DNA from: Gordius albopunctatus
Taxonomy: Eukaryota
Assembly: GCA_964276515.1 (NCBI GenBank)
Contig: OZ193909.1
Span: 6,944,001 to 7,008,000, forward strand
Length of the DNA: 64,000 nucleotides
Direction: 5' to 3'
Part shown: in pieces, positions 13,058 through 26,628 of the stretch
Position numbering within the stretch: the stretch's first letter is position 1
Layout: each line of letters starts with the position of its first letter
Program-made: the position numbers and the translations under genes
Notes under the pieces: model-generated
The model's database searches: none
The model's input: only the letters and a program-made list of their open reading frames with translations
Told to the model about the DNA's origin: nothing

Positions 13058-13491
13058 ATCTAATGATCCATCTGGGTCTCGATGAAAAAATAATACACTA
13101 GTTGTCGGATTGAAACACACCCACACTGAATGTATGCACAAGAAAAGGAGACTAACAGTGTGGGTGTGGCTCTTTTGGTTAAGACGACAAGACCACCTCA
13201 ACAAAGCGCGCCCTCAACAACACTAGTTATATGTATATTTGTTCGATAAACTGTCAACTGAACTGCGCATTGAAACCTGTCACTGGCGTACTCACGGATC
13301 TATTGCATATTATCAACTCATTTTGAAATTATAACTGGCATATATTTAACTAATAAACCTATTTTAAAGATTAAATAATAGTAATCATTCATTTTGTATA
13401 TGGGTAACTGGGATATTGACTTAAAATAAAGCAACTATATTTCTAAAGAATCAAATTTTAGGGATTATTATATGAAACAATATAATTAGAC

Positions 13492-13643
13492 AATGTTCTT
13501 CATAGATATATTTTCGGGAATTGTCGAGGGTGTTAAAAAATTATTGTAGTAAATATAATATTTCGTCCTCATAATATTATATTTACTACAATAATTTTTT
13601 AACACCCTCGACAATTCCCGAAAATATATCTATGAAGAACATT
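13492..13643. repeat. Perfect inverted repeat, 69-bp arms, 14-nt spacer
   Basis: 13492-13560 is the reverse complement of 13575-13643. Confidence 0.9.
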
Positions 13644-13867
13644 AATTATGAGGGTAAAAATCTTCTTAAATAATTAGACAAATTAAACGAATTACGACTT
13701 ATATATTAAATTATGAAAAAGTTAGGGTCAAGTGTATAATACGACATTTTGGCACTAAATTGATTATTTAATAAATAATTATTCCAAAAATTAATTTAGG
13801 AATCAATGATATTTTTTTTAAGTTAGATAAAAAAGAATCCAGAAAGCCCCGTAACGTTCATCTAGGC

Positions 13868-14070
13868 TAGAGTTGTTAAATTGCTAACTTTCTTCAAACT
13901 CTAGACGCGAGCACGCACACTGAGTTGCTTAATATGCGCGTTAGCACAATATGTGCCCGCTGTTCGGTGCACTAGGCAGAGCAGTAGCATATAAAAATGC
14001 TCGAGGGCCGAGCAGAAACTCGAGCAGATAGTAGCTGGAGTTGAAGAAAGTTAGCAATTTAACAACTTTA
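13868..14070. mobile_element. hAT MITE (203 bp) with ~30-bp TIRs
   Basis: TIRs tagagttgttaaattgctaactttcttcaa / ttgaagaaagttagcaatttaacaacttta and exact 8-bp TSD ATCTAGGC. Confidence 0.9.
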
Positions 14071-17000
14071 ATCTAGGCAAGCATAAAATTAAGCTGACTT
14101 AAAGATATGGCGAATTTAGGATGATTAAGGCAACATTACATCCGTACCACTAATTTTAATAAAGATTTATATTATTAATAATTAATCATAATTATACGCT
14201 TTAATAAATTACTCATTAAATCAAAGCTTAATTGCGCTCACTCCCACTCTCAAGAGCATGCGATCCGTAGGTAGAAATTTAATTTAATCGTCTCCAAAAT
14301 GTATAGATACGCTGTAATTTACATAACATTAATTTTGAATTTATGCGAGGCAATCGAATTAATTTCCCACATTAAGTGGATTAGTGTGTTTTCGAAACCA
14401 AAATACATTTTCTATTCATCGCAACTTTTTGCGATGTAAGGTCGAAGTTCTTGAGTATTAAGAAATAGCTCCTTTATTATCTTTCTATGAAAGGTAAAAT
14501 TAAATTACTTTTATTAAAATTCTTAAATTGCGAAGAGGTTGTGTTTTATCACTCTTGGAAGCTGTGAGGCGTTGGGGAAAATTGGTGCTGATTCAAATTG
14601 TTTTACTTTACGAACTTCTATTTTATTAAATCCAATTTAAAATTTATGGAAAATGAGTGTTACTAAAAATGCTTCGCAGAAAGTTGTAATTATATTTCAT
14701 ATCAATATCTTATTATCTCGTGAATAAATGTCATTTTGCTTTTGTGCAAGTTATTAAAGGGGTTTACATTCCTGCTATAATTGCATCTCCTGCGTTTTAG
14801 TGTGGATTTTCCCTGCGGTGTTTGACGTGGTTTACCAAGAAATGACGCCACGACCATAAGAAATTTCTCGTTTTTTTGTTAGCTTTATAATAATTAAGAT
14901 TAAGGACACAGACAGTATTTCAATAGTAATGCTGGTATTTGACGGGCTGTGTTAATAAGCAGACCATCGACCATAAATTTCATAATCGAATCTCGTACTT
15001 TAATTTGTACTTACATAATTTAATTTTTATAAGCTAACTATATGTCGTATATGTGAATACGTATTTGTATATCATTTTCTACAGGTTATATAGCTACGGA
15101 AGAACCAATCATAAAGAACCGACGGATAGGTGAAAACAATTCGGCGAAATACGAAATCTTTTTACTTGTTTATCTTTAACACACTCTTCGAAAAGATGTA
15201 CTCAAACTATTTATTCACAATGGTTAGTGTATAAACAGCTGATACACATATATATATTAATATCGTCAATACGTTACAATATCGATAATCCACTTTTTAT
15301 ATAATACAAATTATAATACTAATCCCCGCATGGAAAGGTTACAGATCCTTACACTATACAATAACGATTCTAATTCACAACCTCACCGTTTTTTCACATC
15401 TTCTCCTTTTTATTTCAAATTAATATATAACAATTAAAGTTCAAATTTGATTTGCATCATCAATCGCCTCTTAGGTAAAAAGCCTTCTCAGGGGCCGCGT
15501 CATTATAATTTATCATTAATTAACACAAATTTGAATTGAAAAATAGTCGTTTAAATTGTCAAGATAGGAATTAATTAGACAATCAGCTAATCCACTCATT
15601 TAAAATGTTATAAATGTTTGATCATAATCAGTATTGTGATTTTATTGATTTCAAGACCAAAGCGGAACAACACTATTTTGTCGGAACAGGTATAAGTGAA
15701 CACAACTTAAGGTTTATATAATAAAAACAGTTATGATTTTTAATTTTCGAAATCACTGCCGGGCATAACTTAAAAGCCTAATAGGTTTATATACAATTAA
15801 TAAATTAGAATTTTTGATGTCCAAATTATGGCGATAGAAAAGATTCTGATTTTTAATAATGACGTCATTGTTGATATAACAAATTAAGAATATTCTTATG
15901 GAATACGAAATATTTAGTATGCGTCCTTTATTAACGGTTTACACTATTTATAAAATAAAATTAATAATTATGTTTAAAATAATATTTTTTAAATGTATTT
16001 GTGCAAAATAATTTGAAGGCTCATAAAAATATTTGATTCCAAATCATGATATTTTTCGGTGTCTTACGATAATTTACTAAAGTAAAATACTGTGGATATT
16101 TTATATAATAATAATAATTTTAACAACGCTTTCTTTGATTGTCATTTTAATTAAAAGTAAAGTTAAAGAGAAAAAGTGTTTGAACAAGTATTAAATCTAA
16201 ACTATATACAACTATAAATTGGTATTATCTTATATATATAAACTTGATTATTAACCTCCTAGGTCTTTGGGACATAGTCCGGGCGGGCCTCTGCCTGAAC
16301 TTTTCCAGCACTCCCAGACCCCGTGTTGTTTTTTAGTCTTAATTATAGGGTTCTATACTTGATTGGAAGCATTATTTTTGCCATGCAATTTAAGGAGGAG
16401 TGAGGCGAAACGTCGCGTATTATTAGGGGTCCTTTAATAATTAACAATAATATCATGTGCAATAATTGGTTACACTGAGATAGGCCCAAGCTCAGTTTAA
16501 TCCCAATGTTTTTTTGACCGCCCCGCCCTTCAAATAATTTATTCTTTAAACCGATATAATTTTAGACAAATTTTTAGGAAAAACATTATTTAGTTAAGTA
16601 TTCAAATAACATTATGATCAAATACAAAATAATTTCAGATATAAAAATGTTTGTTGATATAGCATGGTTAAGTGGACATACTCTAATCAGGCCTAAAAAA
16701 TAGATTTTGGCCTCGGGCCGGGGTCAGACAAATTAAATTCCAACAGTGGCCATTATTTATTTTAGACATTAAAGTTTTCCATTATAAGCTAACAAGCTGG
16801 ATAGAGCATTACAGTAAACTTCACGACAGACAGACCAATTTTCGTCGAAAGTATATTATTAGATTTTTTATTATGCTAATTCCTCCTACTATTTTAAAAT
16901 AAATAAATACATGCATGACTAATTAATCAATACTTTGTGTTATTAAGGAGGAATAACAAATATACCAACCATTTACCCCCCCCCCCCCCACCCAAACAGC

Positions 17001-17325
17001 ATAGCAAATAAATGCTGCTTCTCTGACGTATGTTTAGAGCCTAAATTGAGCTTAGAAATAGCCGAGGCCCAGTAAGGGGTCCAAGGGTGTAGATCAGAAG
17101 GATCTAAAAGACAAAAATCAAATGTGCGATAAAGCCATTATTATATTGAAATAAACTATAACGGCGGGTCAAATGAGACTAATTAAAAATAAAAAAATGC
17201 GACACATTGGAATCTAACGTTTAAATTGATATAATTACTTGCAATCTGCATGCTGCCTTATTTTATCAGATTTAAATATAATTAATAATTTACAATTTAA
17301 ACATGAAAAATATAGACCCTAATAA

Positions 17326-17473
17326 CATGGACGTAGCCAGCATTGTGTTTAGGAGGGGTAAATAATGATTTAGGGTGGGGCAAAATGATCATTTTTTGAA
17401 ATTTTAGCCATAATTTCAACCAATTTTTGGATTTAGAGGGTGTAGCCCCCCCCCCCCCTCGGCTACGCTCATG
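17326..17473. mobile_element. hAT-type MITE, same family as 5490-5655
   Basis: catggacgtagccag ... cggctacgctcatg, with internal ggggcaaaatgatcatttttt shared with 5490-5655. Confidence 0.75.
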
Positions 17474-17737
17474 CTGATAAAACTTGCCTGAAATCAAATC
17501 TTTAGTGAATCCATAAACCAGGTTTTGGGTTAGGGGGAGAGGCAAAAATTGTTTAAGCTCAATTAGGGGGGGGGGGGGGCAAAACATATTTTTTTAATTT
17601 TTACCGGTTTTTTGTTGAATTTTTTTGTCATTAAAGTTTTTAACGAAAATATTAATTTAATAAATAAAAAATTACTGACATTATTACTACTTTTATATGC
17701 TTCTTTATCATTTAATCACTTATAATAAAAAACTATA

Positions 17738-17891
17738 CACGGGGGAAGCCAAGAGGGGGGGCGGCTAAATGGCCGACAAATTTTTTAACGCAAAAAGCCT
17801 TAAAAATTAAATAAATTATGTTTTGCCTCCCCTAATTGAACTTTGGAACGTTTCGCCCCCCCCCCTAATCTAAAACCTGGCTACGCCCATG
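17738..17891. mobile_element. hAT-type MITE (154 bp)
   Basis: Ends cacgggggaagccaag / cctggctacgcccatg with 8-bp TSD AAACTATA. Confidence 0.8.
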
Positions 17892-18945
17892 AAACTATAA
17901 AAGATTTCTATTAATTCATGATTATAAAAGACATTTTTAGGAAAGTTTTAATATTTTATTGTTAAATATTATCATTTAAGTAATGACAGTTCCAACATTG
18001 ATAATAATTATTATTTTCTAATAATACTTTTATTTAACATATAATTTTGTATATTTGTTGATTACTATAAAAATCAAAGTCTAATATTTCAAAATAGGAA
18101 TAATGAACTATAAATTGTTCGAAATTGGAAATTTTAAATGTCATAATTGCACGTTAAATATATAAAAGGTTTTGGGTCTCCTACAATTTAAATCAAACCC
18201 AATAAATCAATTTTAAGCGAAAACTCATTACATTGCACACGCAAAGGTTGTGTTATTATAATTGTTTTTTAGAACATCTTACTACATTTACTTGATTTAA
18301 GAGGTGATGAAAATTGGGAAATATAGTTCGTTGGGCTTTTTATTTTTTGGTAGCACCCTTAGAGTTAGAACTATTTATTTTACTAAAGCTTAAAATCGTT
18401 AGTTATTTTAATTGAATACACTTTATTTTATAAATATATTAATGTTTAAAGTAATATTGACTGATTGTTTATATGATAGCAATTTAAATCAAAGTGTAAA
18501 GTAAACCTTACCACAAATATAATTATTCTTAATAATTGAACCCACAATTTTTAGTAAAAACTTTAGGCTAAGAAATATTAAAAATCATTTTGTTTTATTT
18601 ATAGCATAAATTACAATTAAGAAAACTGTCTTTTAAATAATAATTTTGATTTTTAATAAGAAAACTATTCCTTTAATAATTTATATGTGAGAGGCTAAAC
18701 TAATACATTGTCATCAATAAATAATTCTGTTATTTTTTATGAGGGCGGTAAGAACTATTTAGAGACTAGATAATGTTTGCTGCAAAATTTGTTTCCTCTT
18801 TTAAATAGTCAAAAATATAATGAGAAATTTATTTTAATGCGTAATGAGGAAATAGAAAATAAATAAGCTCTAAGTGTAATATTACAACTACGAGATAAGT
18901 GTAATTTTATAATTTATAAAAAGACCGGACTTAATATTAAAAAGA

Positions 18946-19430
18946 AACTCGGGCCTTCGGCCCTCGTGGGAAGGGAGAAGGGGGGAAGGGAGGGGGGAAA
19001 GGAGGGGGGAAAGGAAGGGGGAACGACTCGTCTATACTGCGTATAAACGTAGCATATTTGCTATGCAATTTATGGGCTAGAAAGGTGGGAAGGGGCGAGA
19101 ATGCCTATAGGGGGGTATTAAATTCAAAATGATTAGTTAATTATTTATACAAATTTTCTATTTAATTAAAAAAAATGCCCTCTACGGGATTCGAACCCAT
19201 ATCAGTAGAGGCATAAGCCTTTGTAGGGGAGGGCTTAGGGTAATTATTAATGCTAACCTATTCAAAAACGAAAAAAAATTTGATTCATAATGCGGCCAAT
19301 GTTTTTTTTTATTGGTCAGTAGCCAGCGGACGGCCAAAAAGTCATATTATCAATGTTATTAACAAGAACAAAATATTAATTTAATTTAAAAAAAATTTTT
19401 TGTCCTCTCTGGGATTCGAACTCTTTGCCT
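18946..19430 (-). mobile_element. Inverted, diverged relative of the HINE-like element (3' end); array-like subunits also at ~21315-21575
   Basis: ctcgggccttcggccctcgtgggaaggg...ttgctatgcaatttatgg is the reverse complement of the 3' terminus of copies 1 and 2. It is followed by reverse copies of internal blocks (gggattcgaaccc, attggtcagtagccagcggacgg). Confidence 0.75.
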
Positions 19431-22177
19431 CCTGTTTACAAGTCGTTCGTTATAAGTATAACCATTCACACCCTGCTGGTATTTAAATAATGAAAATAAT
19501 TTTTTGAATGGTAGAAGTTTATGTTATTTAAATAGATAATGAAATAATAAAGTTGTGTTTTATGTTTATAATATAATAAAATGAAACAATAATAGAAAAT
19601 CAATATATTATAGATAATTTAACAAATATAAATTATTATGGGAAAATGGGGGGCCGCAAAAAAATTATAAAATATTGGGGGGGGGGGTCTCGATCCCGGT
19701 CGGGCTTCGGGCGCCGTGCAGGGCTTTAAGAACATCACACATTTTTGGATTTTATATCAATAATTTTGAAAACAGTGATCGAATTGGGCCTAGCCAAGAT
19801 TTTGAATAGGAGAGAGGCAAAAGTTTTATAAATGGGCAAAAGGGTTATCTTTAAATATTTTGGGGATTCAAACTTTGGATCATCGGTCTATATTCTACAC
19901 TGGTGTTACAGAGATGAGATACGGTAATTGAGGGAAGGTTAAGAAGATAATACATGAGAGCTGTGTAAGTTGCTTATTTATATGGCAGTATCATAATTGT
20001 ACCAACATTAAGATATAAATTTAGTCTACTTGGGGATCCTTGTGTTCAAAATGTCTCTAGACTAGATCAGGAGCAACAGTAAAGGTTTACCCTGAATCTT
20101 CATTGGAAATTTTAATTTTAACATTAAATATTTAGATCAAAGAACATAATTTTGTTTCTCACAGTTAATTCTTTATTTTTCTACTTTCCCTGTTAGTTAA
20201 GCGAAAATAAATTTCCAACATTATTGAATTTAATATACTTGAATATAAATAATTTATAATTTTTCTAAAGAACTTACTGCTTCCCTATGTGTTTTTCTGA
20301 TCCATATTCCCTATAAGTGCGACGCTATTATTATTTTTTTCCACAGCGGCTGATCTTAAAGCATATAAATTAATAATTCTAAATCATCTCTCTCTCCCTT
20401 TCTCCATCTCCTCCACTCCCGCCCCCTAATACAATAATGACGTATTGATTTTACGGGGGGGGGTGGAGGGGAGAGAGGTTATTAATTGCTATCTAATTCT
20501 ATTGATTCAAACGCCATAAATTAGATGTGCAAAATATCGTGCAACCCCCTCCCCCCCACCCAACCCTCTAGGCAAGGATACATTACCCGTGCGTGGAAAA
20601 CTATTGATTTTATAGGGAGGGAGAGAGATGTTAATTTATTGATTTTGGAACTCTTATAGATATTAAATCAATTTTTTTAATTAAAATTTCAACATTTGTT
20701 GTTGTAAAGTTCCTATATTTCATCCATGGGTATAGCTAAGGGGGGCAGAAAGGGGCGGCTGCTTTCCTTTAAATCCAAAAATTTGCCAAAATTTATTAAA
20801 ATAATGGCTAAATTTGCTAAAGTATTGAAAAGTGAGATAATCTTTAAATATCATTGATTAGGCCTTTAATAAAGAAATTAATGTTTGAGCGGGGAAGAAA
20901 ATTGAATATTTTTTAGATAAACAATTACTACAAGTTTTATTTAAAATCCCGGATAATATAATGCAAAATATAAAAACGAGGTTATTAAAAAAATTTATTT
21001 GACTTTTCAAAATATTTTAATATATTATATAATAAAATGAAACAATAATAGAAAATCAATATTTATATTGTGAAATTTTATGTGATAATTTAAAGGGCAA
21101 GAATTTAAGAAATTATGTTGTGTTGTTACTTAAGTAAGCATCCAAATTTTACCCGTAGGTTTCCAGGGTGGCCAGGGATAAAATTTACCCCCTTGCCTGG
21201 GAATATCTAGGAGAGGTAGAGGGGGCAGTTGCCCACTAATTTTAAAAAATCAGTATTTTATAATGATTTTGGGAGGAGCATTTTAAAATTTTAGCCTTCA
21301 CTTAAAAACAATATGGCCAATGGTCATGTTTTTTTATCGGTCAGTACCAAGAGACGGTCCATAAATACATACGAGTCAAAAAAAAACGGAAAAAAAATTT
21401 CGCATCACATTTTGGCCAATGGTCATTTTTTTAATTGGTCAGTACCCAGAGACGGGGTATAAATACATACGAGTCAAAAAAACGTCAAAAAAAATACGAT
21501 TCACATTTTGGCCAATGGTCATTTTTTCCGTTGGTCAGTAGCCAGAGCACGGTCAAAAAGTCATATTATCAATGAAAAATGGTTTATTTTTATTTATATG
21601 TTAATTAAAATAAATTTAATTTCATAAACTACTCAAAAAAGAAAGCGAAGCAGACCCTCAAAGGCTAAATAAGCCTTTATTGTTCAGTAATGGTAAGTTT
21701 AGATTATTTAACATTGATTATATAACAAATTTTAGGTTTTTGAAATGAAAGTTGTCTCCAGCAAAATTTGTCTATTTGTCTATTTTTCATTTTAAATTGT
21801 TAATTATTATTATTAATCTGTATTTGTAAATATTTGTGATTATATTCAAATAAAAATTTTATTTTGCAAAAAAATACATTATAAACATGTAAAATTTAAG
21901 AAGGGAAAGGCAGAAGAATGGGAATTATAGGTCATTACTTTTAATAGCTTTTTTAACTTGCCATTTATTTATTTGAAGGGAGAGAAGGGAGGACTTAAAG
22001 GGAAAAAATTCAAGACACTAAGATACCTTATAACCTTTAAAAATTTAACAATCAGGTCTCCAATCTATTTGATTTAGCCAAAATGAACTATTTCAACTTC
22101 CACACACTCAATTTAACTTTATTTTTACAAAATATTAGTGCTAAATAGATTAAGATTGAGTATTATTTATTAAAATT

Positions 22178-22386
22178 ACTGAGCATTTTTTTGAAAATAC
22201 GGAGCATTTTGGATTTATAACTGAGCAATATTAAGATTATTTACTGAGCATTTTGGATTTATAACTGAGCAATATTAAGATTATTAACTGAGCATTTTTG
22301 AATTTGTTACTGAGCACATTAATAAAATACTGAGCATATTTTACTGAGCATTTTTGATTTTTTTACTGAGCATTTAAATAACATCC
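22178..22386. repeat. Minisatellite of ACTGAGCA-containing units; related to 56391-56885
   Basis: About 10 copies of actgagca. It ends in ctgagcatttaaataacatcc, whose reverse complement starts at 56391. Confidence 0.8.
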
Positions 22387-22980
22387 GTTTAAAAACACAG
22401 ACAGGTAATTTGATCAAAGAATTACAATAGAATATTCAAACAATGATAATATATTTAATTCAGCGTTTTTTGGAATATTGTCATCTCCCGTTACTATCTT
22501 AATATTTCAAACACTTTTAGACCTATCTTTACTATCGTAATTTTAATCACATATAATGATCAAATTACAATTAATTTTCATTAAAATATATTAAATTAGT
22601 TAATTAATTTTAATTATTATTTTGTATTATTGTATTGGTTGTCATAGTACTCCTTATCCAATTTTTTACTCTTTTCTTTTCTCATTGCTTATATATAACA
22701 CTTTAATATGATAGTGAGTTATGGAAATAGAAGAATCAAGCCTAAATGTAGCAAGCACATCGTGCATGAAAATTTTTTTGATTTCCAAAATATGCTAATA
22801 TGTTTAAGCTTAGAGATAATCAGCATAATACACTTAATTTTGAGGTGCAATGTCTTTTCTGCAATCCCAAACTCAAGACTTCTTCTAGATCTTGTTTCAA
22901 TTCGACTAGGCATCTAAAGGTAATCTTGTTACTTATTTTTTATTTAATAATTAAGTAAATAAAAAATTTATAGAGATTTT

Positions 22981-25148
22981 AATTGCTATGCAATTTATGG
23001 GCTCGTTTTTGGTTGTCCGTCCGTCCGTCCGTCCGTCCGTCTACCAAGTTATTTACACCAGCTTCCCGACCTGGAGGTTGCGGGTTCGAGACCCGGAGAG
23101 GACAAAATTTTTTTTTTTTTTTTAAATTAAATTAATATTTTTTTCTTGTTAATACCATTGATAATATGACTTTTTGACCGTCCGCAGGCTACTGACCAAT
23201 GAAAAAATGACCACTGGCCAGATAAATCGAAATTTTTAATTTTTCGTTTTTGAATAGTTTAACATTGATAATTACCCTATGCCGTCCCCTACAAGGGCCT
23301 ATGGCTCTATTTATATGGTTCCCTGTTCCCCTCCAAAGGCTTATGCCTCTATTTAATGTGGGTTTGAATCCCGGCGAACGTTCTAAATTGATGGTTCGAG
23401 ACCCGGAGAGGACAAAAATTTTTATTTTTTTTTAAATTAAATTAATATATTGTTCTTGTTAATACCATTGATAATATGAATTTTTGACCGTCCGCAGGCT
23501 ACTGACCAATGAAAAAATGACCACTTGCCAGATAAATCGAAATTTTTAATTTTTCGTTTTTGAATAGTTTAACATTGATAATTACCCTATGCCCTCCCCT
23601 ACAAGGGCCTATGGCTCTATTTATATGGTTCCCTGTTCCCCTCCAAAGGCTTATGCCTCTATTTAATGTGGGTTCGAATCCCGGAGAGGGCAAAATTTTT
23701 ATTTTTTTAATTAATTTAATATTTTGTTCTTGTTAATACCATTGATAATATGACTTTTTGACCGTCCGCTGGCTACTGACCAATGAAAAAATGAACATTG
23801 GCCAAATAAATCCTAATTTTTCGTTTTTCCTTTTTGAATAAGTTAACATTGATAATTGAAAAAAATTACCATTGGCCAAATAAATAAAAATTTTTTGTTC
23901 GTTTTTGAATAGGTTAACATTGATAATTACCCTATACTTTTTAATAATTGCTATGAAATTTATCTAGTTTTTGGGTTAGAATCCCGGAGTTTTTTTTGAC
24001 TCTTATGATTGTTCTTGTTACTATCAATGATAATAAGACTTTTTGGCCGTCCGCTGGCTGCTGACCAATGAAAAAAATGACCATTGGCCAAAATGTGTAT
24101 CCGAGTTTATTTTTTCGTTTTTTTTGAATATTATGATTGTTCCTGTTCCTACCATTGCTATTATGACTTTTTGGCCGTCCGCTGGCTGCTGACCAATGGA
24201 ATAAAATGACCATTGGCCAAAATGTGATTCGAAAATTTTTTTTTCGTTTTTTTTTGACTGTTATGAATTTATATCCACTTTTACCGTGTCCTGGCTGCTG
24301 ACCAATGGAAAAAAATGACCATTGGCCAAAATGTGTATCCGAGTTTATTTTTTCGTTTTTTTTGAATATTATGATTGTTCCTGTTCCTACCATTGCTATT
24401 ATGACTTTTTGGCCGTCCGCTGGCTGCTGACCAATGGAATAAAATGACCATTGGCCAAAATGTGATTCGAAAATTTTTTTTTCGTTTTTTTTTGACTGTT
24501 ATGAATTTATATCCACTTTTACCATGTCCTGGCTGCTGACCAATGGAAAAAAATGACCATTGGCCAAAATGTGAATCGAAATTATTTTTTCCGTTTTTTT
24601 TGACTATTATGATTGTTCCTGTTCCTACCATTGCTATTATGACTTTTTGGCCGTCCGCTGGCTGCTGACCAATGGAATAAAATAACCATTGGCCAAAATG
24701 TGATTTGAAAACTTTTTTTTCGTTTTTTTTGACTATTATGAATTTATATCCACTTTTACCGTGTCCTGGCTGCTGACCAATGGAAAAAATGACCTTTGGC
24801 CAAAATGTGATTCGAAAATTTTTTTTTCGTTTTTTTTGACTATTATGATTGTTCCTGTTCCTACCATTGCTATTATGACTTTTTGGTAATACAACTCCCG
24901 TAGAATTTAACTAACCATAAAGCTTCCCCTTCGCTCCCTCTCTCCCCCTTTATGATATTTGGCATATACACTTATTTAGTGCTTCCAACCTTCGTTTTGC
25001 AATATTCACGTAAGTATTTCCATAAATTGCATAGCAAATATGATACATTTATACGGAGTGTAGATGAGTTCCCCCTTCCTTCCCCTCCTCTCCTTCCCCC
25101 TTCCCTCCCCTCCTCCCCTTCCCACGAGGGCCGAAGGCCCGAGTTTTG
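22981..25148 (+). mobile_element. DINE-1/HINE-like non-autonomous Helentron, copy 2
   Basis: Nearly identical to 8307-10690 (same spurious ORFs), with one fewer ~238-bp unit and a longer C-rich tract. Confidence 0.75.
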
Positions 25149-25248
25149 TTATAGTGCAATCAAATTTTATGTGCGAGTGCACGCACCGGATTTTCCTCAA
25201 TGTGCGAGCGCGGCACCGGTTTTTGAAGAGCGTTTAACAACTCTACTT

Positions 25249-26212
25249 AAAAGTCAGACAATTTTATAAATATATAATTTTTATTAAATATATAGATTAT
25301 TAATTGCCTAATTTTTTAACCTCTAATTTTTGTATATCCTGTAGCATTTATTCCTTTTTCAAGCGCTAAACTTGACCTTAAAACATTTTTATTCTATTTG
25401 CTATAGATTTTCGTTTACATAATCTAAGATTATAGCTTCGTATATTCTTTTAAAAGTATGTTCAATTACTTAGTTGCTTACATTACAATACAATGCACCA
25501 AAATTTTTGTGTTTAATTTTATCACAAATTTTACTGGTATAAATTATTAGTATTTTTGTAATCCAAAACTTAGGTGTATGAACTTATATAAATTTTTTTC
25601 CATAATATTGAAGAAGTCTTTAATAAATGATATACAAAAAATTACATAAATTAATCAAAACAATGTAAACTGCTTATTGAAAGTTGAATATTCTTATGCT
25701 ATTTTATTAAAGTTTTTTTAATTTAATGGGAATAATCTATTCTATCTTCTTAAGTGTATTAACTTAAATTTATCAAATAAAAGTAAATTGTTGAAAGTGG
25801 AATATATTCTTGTAATTTTTCATAGTAATTTAAATTATTATATTGAAATTTTTTATGTTTAATAACTGCGGAAATAATTGTTGATTTATTATTTTTCCAT
25901 GATAATTATTGATATTTTTATCAATATGTCATAAAATAAAATTATGCTAACTTTTTGATAAATGGGGCCTGGCGCGGAGTTCTTCTAAAAAAATTTCAAC
26001 GGGCTTGAGCGGGCCTGACGGTTTTCTAAATGGGTATGAACGGGCTTGAAAAATTTGCGGACGGGCTCGGACAGGCCTAAAAAATTTACGGACGGGTTCG
26101 GGCGGGCCGGAAGTGTTGGGAAAAAATTACGAGCGGGCTCGGGCAGGCCTTGAAGTTTTAAAAACGGGTACGGACGGCCGACCTTCTAAAAATGGCCCGT
26201 TGCAGATCTTTA
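25249..26212. mobile_element. Left-truncated copy of the 12002-13057 hAT MITE
   Basis: Colinear with ~12190-13057 and ends cccgttgcagatcttta. Confidence 0.85.
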
Positions 26213-26628
26213 ATACGTATTATATAAGACATATATTAAATTAACGTTACAGTTTTTTGTTAAATTTTATCTTTAAACATTAGTTGACTATAAGGAAATC
26301 TCTGTCAGTGCGGTAGAGGAAATAACAACTTTATATTTGATTAAATTATACTAAAAGTACAGTAACTCTTAAGTTATAACTATATTCATTAAAATTTACA
26401 ATTGCCTAGATTATATGTTCTATTTTTATTAGTATCTAAATAAAATCTTAGATGAACTTTGCCGTGACTTTGCTCGCGCCTGTAAAATTTACGATTTAAT
26501 TTCATTCTTCCCCTCTTAAAGAAAAAGCATAATAAGTTGTTTAACTCTTCGTTTGCCTTGTACTCGATTGTTAGTAAGGGTCAATATGACTTATAAACTT
26601 ACGTTCTTATCAAATTAGATTGTGTTAA

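Noticed and set aside
14700..15330. Candidate promoter or upstream exon of the GPCR (CpG-richer; ttttctacAG at ~15084)
   Set aside because: No evidence links it to the gene 38 kb away, and no clear donor site was established.
19900..20350. Possible Pif1 helicase remnant on the minus strand (GSPSRLNLYLNVGTIMIL)
   Set aside because: A single weak motif resemblance with no supporting motifs; cannot be supported without a search.
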